From Candidatus Thorarchaeota archaeon (GTDB lineage Archaea; Asgardarchaeota; Thorarchaeia; Thorarchaeales; Thorarchaeaceae): a stretch of 64,000 bases of DNA. This document shows, one piece after another, positions 31,987 to 39,752 of this stretch. The notes beneath the pieces are model-generated. The model worked only from the letters and a program-made list of their open reading frames with translations, did not search any database and was not told the DNA's origin. The number at the start of each line of letters is the position of its first letter. The first letter of the stretch is position 1. The translations under genes and the position numbers were made by a program. The DNA lies in contig JAGSHN010000023.1 of assembly GCA_029855935.1 (NCBI GenBank), forward strand, positions 71,516-135,515, written 5' to 3'.

Positions 31987-32688
31987 GTGAGTGACACAGC
32001 TGGTTTTCTCGACAAGTGGCTGTTCCGCATTGTGGCAGTCGCATATCTGGCCGTTGGAGCAGTCGGTACCACCTTTGTCAATCCTGAGACTCATGTCGGC
32101 TCAGCAGTGATTGTGGGAGGACTCGGGCTCATCATAGGCGGTCTCATGTTGTTGTCTTTGGCGATAGCTCCACTTGCCACTCAGTCCAGACTGGCACGCG
32201 CCTACGCCCTGTTCGCAGTCATCGGACTGGTTGTCCTGTTCCTAGTCATATTGGTGGTCAATGGAGTGTTTGGCATCTACTGGGATGAGTACTGGGGTGC
32301 CTACTATCCCGACGCCACTGGCATCTTGGTTGCAAACGCAGCCATCACACTTCTACCGCTGACCCTCATTCTCTGGCCCTGCATATGCCTGACGGCCAGG
32401 AGCCAGACAAAGAAGAAAATCATCGGACTCGCCATGTCCCGCCATGAGATATCGATGAAGGAGATTGCAGAGGAGACGGGCATACCCTCGCAGGCCGCCA
32501 AGGACGTGGTCATTGATGCGATCGCTGCGGGACGGCTGTCTGGAAACATCCGCGGGGACAAGTTTGTGAGAGCCACTGGAGCAGCTGCAGCCGCTGGCAG
32601 CGCCGTTGTGCTGGTCGTCTGTCCGTACTGTGGAGCAAAGACAGAACAGGGTCTCACCCACTGCCAGAACTGTGGTGCAAAGCTGTAG
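31987..32688 (+). CDS. 4-TM membrane protein with PCI-like winged helix and C-terminal zinc ribbon (copy 1)
   Basis: EISMKEIAEETGI...DAIAAGRLSGNI (PCI-like); CPYCG..CQNCG. Confidence 0.75.
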   Translation: MSDTAGFLDKWLFRIVAVAYLAVGAVGTTFVNPETHVGSAVIVGGLGLIIGGLMLLSLAIAPLATQSRLARAYALFAVIGLVVLFLVILVVNGVFGIYWDEYWGAYYPDATGILVANAAITLLPLTLILWPCICLTARSQTKKKIIGLAMSRHEISMKEIAEETGIPSQAAKDVVIDAIAAGRLSGNIRGDKFVRATGAAAAAGSAVVLVVCPYCGAKTEQGLTHCQNCGAKL

Positions 32689-32972
32689 ACTAGACCTGTA
32701 TGTCGTGCAGTAGTGAGGCACGAGACGACCTTCAGGTCGTGAGCAGGGGCAGGTCGGAGTGAGAATGGCGATACGACAACGGGATGCTCTGTCCGGTTCC
32801 TCAGGCTGTATGAAGCCGTCAGTCGGTGGGAGATCCGCTCGGATTCGCATTCGGCGGGAGTCTCGGTCATGCAGGCTGAACGACCCAGCGTATGCCAACA
32901 AACCCTTATATCGCGAACGCGCCAACCGCTGCCTAGCTCTTGTCTTGAGTGAGTGAGAGGAGATTCTGAAGA

Positions 32973-33674
32973 GTGAGTAGTACGTCAGGTTCTCTTGGCA
33001 GGTGGCCCTTCCGCATTGTGGCGATCGCATATCTGGTCCTTGGAGCAGTCGGGATTACGGTCTACAATCCTGAGGTCGTTGAGGCCATAGGGATAGTTGC
33101 GGGAGTGCTCGGAATCATCATAGGTGGTCTCATGTTGCTGTCCGCGGCGATAGCTCCACTTGGCACTCAGTCCAGACTTGGACGCGCTTATGCCTTGTTC
33201 GCAGTCGTCGGACTCATTACGTTGTTCTTGGCGATTCTGGTGGGTAATGGAGTCTTTGGCGTGCGCTGGGCCAACTTCCCGGGCGTCTATCGTCTTGACG
33301 AGAGCGGCATGGTGGTGGCAAACGCCTCCACCGAACTCTTGCTGCTGACCCTCATTCTCTGGCCCTACCTGTGCGTGAGAGCCACGAACCAGACAGAGAA
33401 GAAGATCATCGGACTTGCCCTCTCCCGCTATGAGATATCGATGAAGGAGATTGCAGAGGAGACAGGCATACCCCCGCAGGCCGCGAAAGATGTGGTCATT
33501 GATGCGATTGGTGCGGGACGACTCTCCGGAAACATCCGTGGCGATACATTCGTGAGGGCCACCGGAACGGCAACGGCTGGTCGCGATGCCGTCGTGTTGG
33601 TTGTCTGTCCCTACTGCGGAGCGAAGAACGAGCAGGGTCTCACTCACTGCCAGAACTGCGGTGCAGAGCTGTAA
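32973..33674 (+). CDS. 4-TM membrane protein with PCI-like winged helix and zinc ribbon (copy 2)
   Basis: Paralog of 31987-32688. Confidence 0.75.
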   Translation: MSSTSGSLGRWPFRIVAIAYLVLGAVGITVYNPEVVEAIGIVAGVLGIIIGGLMLLSAAIAPLGTQSRLGRAYALFAVVGLITLFLAILVGNGVFGVRWANFPGVYRLDESGMVVANASTELLLLTLILWPYLCVRATNQTEKKIIGLALSRYEISMKEIAEETGIPPQAAKDVVIDAIGAGRLSGNIRGDTFVRATGTATAGRDAVVLVVCPYCGAKNEQGLTHCQNCGAEL

Positions 33675-33818
33675 GACCACAGGAAACAGAGGAGTGGAAT
33701 GACTCAAGAACCCCTCCCGTATGAGGGGTATTCTCAGCCTGGAGTGGGAGTCCTGATTGGCAGGGCCGCGAGACAATATCCGCAGTCTGGTGGCACAGAC
33801 CCGCAGAGTCGGTGGAGC

Positions 33819-34526
33819 CTATCGACGTCTCTTCTCTCGTAGTCGTTTCTGAACAGCGTCGCTTGTCAACTCTCCCAGAACGTCTGACGCGATCCACTTC
33901 GCGCTCTTCGTTCCGGTCTCTCGAATGCCCTCGGCAACCTCAATCGCACGTGCGTTCGGGTGGAGATTTCTCTTCCCAATCTGCCTGAGAGCCCAGCTGA
34001 CCGCCTTCTTCACGTTCGGCCTGTCATCCTGCGCGCCCCTCTCAATCAGCGGAAAGAACTGCTCGAAGAACTCGTCGCTCGCAGACTTGTCCTTGAAGGC
34101 CCGCCATGCAATCATCGCGAACGCCGCTCTCTTGACAAACTCCTCCTCCCGCTCACTCCACTCATGGATCTTCTTCAGCGCCAGCTCGCTCGGCGCGAAC
34201 AGGTTCTGACACACCTGATCACAGATCTCCCAGTAGTCAAAGTCCCGCACCCACGCCTCCATCTGCTCCTCAGTCAGCAACGCGGGGTCGTCAATCATAC
34301 TCGCAAGAATCATTGTCTCCCGGGAGCCGGCGTTCCACAACCTCTGGGCAAGATCGTGGTCCCGTCCAATCTCCTTCGCCAGACGGCGTAGATCTGGGAT
34401 TCGCACACCGTAGGTCTTCTTGGGAGTGATGCCAAAACGGGCCATTCCAGCCGTTGCCTCAGGATTGGCAAGTTCCTCAAGCCGCCGTATCACGTCTTCG
34501 AACTGCATGGTCCTCAGACTCTCCAT
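33819..34526 (-). CDS. AlkD-like DNA alkylation repair protein
   Basis: YGVRIPDLRRLAK, DFDYWEICDQ, VKKAVSWALRQIGKRN; AACGAACCCTTATG promoter-like motif at 34543-34556 (-). Confidence 0.85.
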   Translation of the reverse strand: MESLRTMQFEDVIRRLEELANPEATAGMARFGITPKKTYGVRIPDLRRLAKEIGRDHDLAQRLWNAGSRETMILASMIDDPALLTEEQMEAWVRDFDYWEICDQVCQNLFAPSELALKKIHEWSEREEEFVKRAAFAMIAWRAFKDKSASDEFFEQFFPLIERGAQDDRPNVKKAVSWALRQIGKRNLHPNARAIEVAEGIRETGTKSAKWIASDVLGELTSDAVQKRLREKRRR

Positions 34527-35030
34527 GGTGTGACTTCAGCCTCATAAGGGTTCGTTCTCGGTCTGGCCGGGGGTCCCTTTGGTAGCGAATACTGAGCGAT
34601 ATCTTTCGTTCGAACACGTTGAAGACTACTCCAAACAGTGGATGTGTCAGTGAATGAGCAGAGTACCTAGTCGGTGAAATGGCCACAGTTGTCTATAGAG
34701 ATAGCACGACGGTCTGCTCTTCAGAGAGGGTCTCTTGCAGCGCGTAGTTCTGGTACGAGAGTGCCAACCAAGAAAGAGGTGGCCTCGGGTCAGGCTGGTG
34801 TTCAATGTGATCCCCAGCCCGTGCTTGTGCCTAGTCGCTAGACGGTGTTGTAGAATTGTCTTGCTTGTAGCAAATTGGCCAGGAACCCGTGAACCCGTGG
34901 ACACCTCCCGTGCGCAATGGTACATCACTGTAGGACCTGGTGGTCTGATTGAGGTGCCTGGGCTCCGGACCAGAGCAGGATCCGATAAGGCAGGTACCAG
35001 TGCGCATGGCCTGATGTCATCATTCGGTTT

Positions 35031-35140
35031 CTATGTGTACGCCGTCACACCACCGTGCACAACTGGAGGTTTCCAGGACGGGGTGCACACAGCGACCACC
35101 ATAACGCTTATTTTGGCGAAAATGGGTGAAAATACCTGCG
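35031..35140 (+). promoter_or_regulatory. CRISPR leader 1
   Basis: 110 nt, nearly identical and gap-free against 53039-53148 and 63443-63552. Confidence 0.9.
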
Positions 35141-36257
35141 GTTTGAATCGGACTACAACTAGGGTTGAAACCTCACTCTCCTCTCGGGTCCACGTCTGCC
35201 TCTCTGAGTTTGAATCGGACTACAACTAGGGTTGAAACCAGTCTCTCGGTCGGGCCGCCAACGCTGAAATATATGTTTGAATCGGACTACAACTAGGGTT
35301 GAAACCTGCTTGAGATAGCGGGGGGCCTCATCGATTTCTGCTGTTTGAATCGGACTACAACTAGGGTTGAAACATTGCATATTATATCTGCGTGAAATTG
35401 GCCGAGAATGTTTGAATCGGACTACAACTAGGGTTGAAACCAGAAAAGGAGAGTCATAGATGGGGTGGCCGCACTCGTGTTTGAATCGGACTACAACTAG
35501 GGTTGAAACACGATGCGCGTGTGGCGGTCGAACTGTGCCAGAATCCGTTTGAATCGGACTACAACTAGGGTTGAAACGAAGAAATCAGATGCACCTGTGA
35601 CCTCACCGCGTTTGTTTGAATCGGACTACAACTAGGGTTGAAACCAAAGACGCGGAATGCGTCAAGTGTCTTACCGCCATTGTTTGAATCGGACTACAAC
35701 TAGGGTTGAAACCTTGAGGCGGACGTCCTCTGGGTTCCCCCAGTAGGGGAGTTTGAATCGGACTACAACTAGGGTTGAAACACAGAATCATTGTGTTGGT
35801 GTTGTATATCCACGAGCAGGGTTTGAATCGGACTACAACTAGGGTTGAAACTCTGGAGGATGGCGTGTTCCATGTGTTCTTGGGCTGGTTTGAATCGGAC
35901 TACAACTAGGGTTGAAACCCAAGAGAGGCCTGAAAGACCTCGCCATCGAGGACCGTTTGAATCGGACTACAACTAGGGTTGAAACGTCGCTCGGCTCCTC
36001 CTCCCTCAAGAACCTCGTCACGGTTTGAATCGGACTACAACTAGGGTTGAAACTGTTCACGTGGCCAGACAGTTGCGCGGTCTGTTCGGTCGTTTGAATC
36101 GGACTACAACTAGGGTTCAAACCTGCTTCGGGATTGGGAAGGGGGTGTGGAGCAGGCGAGGCCAGGATCGGACCACAGTAGGACTTAGCCCAGAGCTAGC
36201 TTTGCCTGCATCTCCGGACGGTCAGGGTCTGAGTGGGACTAGCAATTGAGATGGAAC
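35141..36257 (+). CRISPR. CRISPR array 1: repeat GTTTGAATCGGACTACAACTAGGGTTGAAAC (31 nt); 15 repeats (35141-36122) plus 2 degenerate trailer repeats
   Basis: Spacers 36-39 nt; repeat 15 ends TTCAAAC; degenerate copies lie in phase at 36161-36190 and 36227-36257. Confidence 0.97.
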
Positions 36258-36406
36258 ATTCCATCGCAACCTTGTTCTTGTCGCTGCACATCTCGTCGAA
36301 CCGTGATTCTTTCGCGTGGATGTATGAGGACGGGACGGAATGGCAGACTAGTACAGCCAACGGAATGCGGGTCCTCGATACACCAGCACCGGAACGGATG
36401 TCGTGA

Positions 36407-37453
36407 TCATCGATTCTCTATGCGGCCGAGCAGATCGTCTCTCTGGACCTCGCGTTTGAACCGGTCAACACTGAGGCGGCGTAGTCTCTCGTATCTCTCT
36501 CCATTCCAGTGCAGGAGATCGAATGAGCGGGTATGAGACAGCAGGCTACCAACAAGGAACGCCACGACGACAGGGCTTGCGAAGACGAGATACGGCCTCT
36601 GTCTCGCGGGGAGTATCTCAAGGATGTGTTCAATCACGATAGCAATGTACTCGGAGGCGTGCGTGATGTTCGGCGGGTCGATATGAACCCCTTCGTCAAT
36701 CTCCACGACCACGTCATATCCTTCTCTGACGAGAACCGCCCTTGTCGGACGCGATACGGCAATGGAGATGGCCACTTTCCTCCCACGCAGATGCTCAGCG
36801 ACCTCTCTGACATCCACCTGTCCGAGTAACGCTGAGAGCAGTACGTCGTCACCAGCGACTGGCAGGCCCCAGAACGTGAGACGTGTCTCGTCGCTCTCAT
36901 CGCGCTCAAATGTCTTGTCAGACTGCATTGATCTGAAGCGGTCCCAGTTGATGTGCTCCATCTGTTCGTATCTCTGGCCATCCCAGTGTAGCAGGGTGTA
37001 CTGGTCACTGTGGCCCAGAAGGTTTCCGATTATGAACGCAACGACCGTCGGGCAGGCCAGTGCCAGAGCAATAGGCACTCTTGGTGCCGAAGACAGAGAC
37101 GGTGCAACGCTTCTCTCAAGTTCCGTCAATCTACGAATGGCAGCGGCAGCGGATTCGGCCCACCAAGTCATCTTGGACGTGGGAATCTGACGGTCGGGCC
37201 TCCCAATCTCTCCTATGACATTGTAGCCAATCTTTGCTACTGCCGGAGTCGCATTCCTGCTGAAGTTGACAACGATGGCGGATGGTCGAGCGTCTGGATA
37301 GTACGCACGGACAGGGACTCGCCTTCGTCCCCTCAGCCAGTTGATCCCATCTCTCAGGCGCCACAGAACGTCTGAGATTTCAGCGGCTATTCCGACTACT
37401 GCGACCGGGTCGGGCAAGTTGACAAACCTCACATCCGAATGAGTTTCAGCCAT
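36407..37453 (-). CDS. Stand-alone SAVED-like protein of two homologous halves, with an N-terminal amphipathic helix
   Basis: ALACPTVVAFIIGNLLGH..YTLLHWDGQRY and VFASPVVVAFLVGSLLSH..FDLLHWNGERY; VVNFSR / IAVSR. Confidence 0.7.
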   Translation of the reverse strand: MAETHSDVRFVNLPDPVAVVGIAAEISDVLWRLRDGINWLRGRRRVPVRAYYPDARPSAIVVNFSRNATPAVAKIGYNVIGEIGRPDRQIPTSKMTWWAESAAAAIRRLTELERSVAPSLSSAPRVPIALALACPTVVAFIIGNLLGHSDQYTLLHWDGQRYEQMEHINWDRFRSMQSDKTFERDESDETRLTFWGLPVAGDDVLLSALLGQVDVREVAEHLRGRKVAISIAVSRPTRAVLVREGYDVVVEIDEGVHIDPPNITHASEYIAIVIEHILEILPARQRPYLVFASPVVVAFLVGSLLSHTRSFDLLHWNGERYERLRRLSVDRFKREVQRDDLLGRIENR

Positions 37454-37494
37454 AGATGTCCTGTCTATAAGTGATTGGTATACGAGTGGTGATC

Positions 37495-38466
37495 CTATCC
37501 CCCTGAGGAGCGATGGAGGCTGGCTCTGGTCTCCCCTTCCGACCTATCATCATCCGTGCCAGTGCCATAGTCTCTCCGAGCAGCGTCATTCAAAGCCAAC
37601 CCTGTCGCACCAGTGAGAAACTCCTTGATTCGCGAGACGATGTGATTCAGCGGCGGGTCGAATGCCCCCGCGATCTCCGCGTCGGACACCTGGCTCAGGA
37701 GATCCGTGAGAAGCTCGGTGGCCGCTTCTGAGAGCGTTCTCCACTCCATTCTGTTCAGCCGCTCCAGATGGTCGCTGATGCCTCCGACTGAGAGACTCGT
37801 CGGTTCGGAGTATGATAGGGCCGTGCCGAGATCTCGAAACAGACGCGCGAGCCGACGGGTCGGCTGAGCATCGGCAAAGGCTGCTACAGCCACGGTCCAC
37901 TCGATGAATGTGACGAAGGGCGTGAGATCAATGAGAGCGAAGTCCCCTCTTGCGGACGACTGCTCTGCGCTCAGGACTCTCTCAATTGACATGTCCTCTT
38001 GAGTCACGATGTAGGAGAGTGCGGCGAATGTTGCCCACTGCTCGGTCTTGTCTGCTCCTGTCACATCCACAACAAGTCGACAGCGAGTCCCTCCGAGAGC
38101 TGTCTCCTTCAGGACGGTAATTACGGTATCAACAACGTCTAGTACCCCTGCTCCGCAGGCCTCCCAGCCCTTCTCCACCATCGACCACGTACCCACGTGT
38201 CCGTCCCGTCTGAGTCCCTCCAGCTCGTCTTGAAGCGCTCCATATGTAGTAGGAACTACCAGCAAAGCTACATCAAACGGCCCAAACAATTCCGCTATGG
38301 CTGCACTCGAGTAGCGAGTCCTGCAGACAGTGTCCGGACTGGCAGGCCACACATAGTCGACCGGTCGGCGCGCGACATCATCCTCAAAGCTTAAGAGAAT
38401 ACGAATCGTGCCATTCGGAGGGTCCACCCTCCTACCGAAACCAGTCTTCCGCTTCACCTCAATCAT
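37495..38466 (-). CDS. Csx1-type CARF domain protein lacking a HEPN effector
   Basis: Aligns by eye with the CARF of 41793 (LFGPFD/LLGPFD; VVDVTGADK/TLDITFGFR; IDLTPF..IEW..AV..F); no RxxxxH motif. Confidence 0.7.
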   Translation of the reverse strand: MIEVKRKTGFGRRVDPPNGTIRILLSFEDDVARRPVDYVWPASPDTVCRTRYSSAAIAELFGPFDVALLVVPTTYGALQDELEGLRRDGHVGTWSMVEKGWEACGAGVLDVVDTVITVLKETALGGTRCRLVVDVTGADKTEQWATFAALSYIVTQEDMSIERVLSAEQSSARGDFALIDLTPFVTFIEWTVAVAAFADAQPTRRLARLFRDLGTALSYSEPTSLSVGGISDHLERLNRMEWRTLSEAATELLTDLLSQVSDAEIAGAFDPPLNHIVSRIKEFLTGATGLALNDAARRDYGTGTDDDRSEGETRASLHRSSGG

Positions 38467-39065
38467 AGACTACCACGTCCCGCGTTAGATTAACCTGCCC
38501 TCTGGTGCAGGCATAATGCACCGTCCCTGTTCCGCCCCTCGGCCACAAATTCCTGCTCTCTGCGTCGAACATCTACGTGACCTGCGTCCCAGCCCTGTTA
38601 CGGGAAACGCAGCCCGACATTCGCCCGTGTTGTGGGTCTTCGTAGTTTCCACGGAGGGCCGATGCGTATGAGAGACGCAGGTGGGCCGACGATTGGGTCC
38701 CTATCACGGGCAAGTAGTGTCGTGAACCGCATCGCTGTATCATTGTGCGATTTCTTGAGATTGAGAGAGTCAGACCGTCCAGGCAAGAAACAGCCGAAAA
38801 TGACAATAGTAGGTTAGAAAAAAAGGGGTGTAGGACCAGCAACGCTGGTCCGCTACAGGCAATAGCCAGAGATGTCCGGACGAGCCTACTCAGACCACGG
38901 TGGGTCGACGGGCTCGTCCGGCCAGTAGTGACCGATTGCACCCAACATTGTTATCGGGCATAATATGACTCAAAGGAAGAAGAAACAGAACGACCGAAAT
39001 TCGGCATACGGGACGATGTTCGGACTGTATTCCGAAATACGGACATAGGTAGTAGGTGGTAAGCG

Positions 39066-39752
39066 CTGGCAAAGGAAACAATTCTGATTGCGACACTCGG
39101 TCGCAATGAACAGGGGCGAATTGACTTCGTCCTGAGAAAGCGGGCGGCTGATAGGCTCGTCATACTGTACACTGACGAGATAGAGCAAGACGCTCGTCGG
39201 ATCAAAGAGGAGATTCAGAGGTCCGGTTCACTCCCGGTCGACCTAAGACGCGTCGAGCCGTGGAGCTTTCACAACGTCCTGTGTGAGGCTGTCAAAATTG
39301 TCAATCAGTACCCGAAGGCAACGTTCACGTACAATCCCTCGCTGGGAACCCGCATTATGAGCGCGGCCCTGTACGCAGCTGCGGCCTTCACAAAGTCTGT
39401 TCTCTTCCTCGTCAAGGAGGACGGTAGAGGCCGCGCCGTCGAAGTCGTGAACGTCTTCCCTATCACTAGGCAATCGCTGAGTGCTCCTAAGAAGAGAATA
39501 CTTGCCGTTCTGGCCGAGCGCCGGCGCGCGGCGAAGAGCGAAGAAGAGCAATGGTTTCCCTCTATGGGGGCGCTGGCGAAAGCCGTGAATCTGTCCCGGT
39601 CATCCACATCTGACCACATCAAGGTTCTGAGCGATTGGGGCTACGTGGAGGTCGATGAGGGCCGTCCGACCAGAGTCCGTTCGAAAGAGCTGGGCGAGGC
39701 CGTCCTTGAGATGGCTCGCAAATGGAAACGGGACAGGGATGCAGACAGGTGA
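39066..39752 (+). CDS. csa3: Csa3-like CARF-wHTH transcriptional regulator (CTG start)
   Basis: Frame is open from TAA 39060 and encodes ILIATLG..DRLVILY..YNPSLGTRIMS (CARF) plus ALAKAVNLSRSSTSDHIKVL (HTH); AGGTGGT SD precedes CTG 39066. Confidence 0.8.
   Translation: MAKETILIATLGRNEQGRIDFVLRKRAADRLVILYTDEIEQDARRIKEEIQRSGSLPVDLRRVEPWSFHNVLCEAVKIVNQYPKATFTYNPSLGTRIMSAALYAAAAFTKSVLFLVKEDGRGRAVEVVNVFPITRQSLSAPKKRILAVLAERRRAAKSEEEQWFPSMGALAKAVNLSRSSTSDHIKVLSDWGYVEVDEGRPTRVRSKELGEAVLEMARKWKRDRDADR

Larger units (their letters stand above)
31729..33674 (+). repeat. Tandem duplication of a 986-bp unit (~260-bp upstream region plus gene)
   Basis: 31729.. aligns with 32715.. at a constant 986-bp offset; both genes are 233 aa. 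Confidence 0.9.

Noticed and set aside
35172-36091. Antisense strand bias of spacers as a type III signature
   Set aside because: Plausible reading frames occur on both strands; this cannot be decided without protospacers.
34735-36249. ORFs overlapping array 1 (and likewise arrays 2 and 3)
   Set aside because: They are translations of repeat-spacer units (recurring FNPSCSPIQT / LNRTRSRVET).
38467-38990. Hidden small gene or mini-array in the divergent CARF/csa3 intergenic region
   Set aside because: The ORFs look non-coding and no repeat-like sequence was found.
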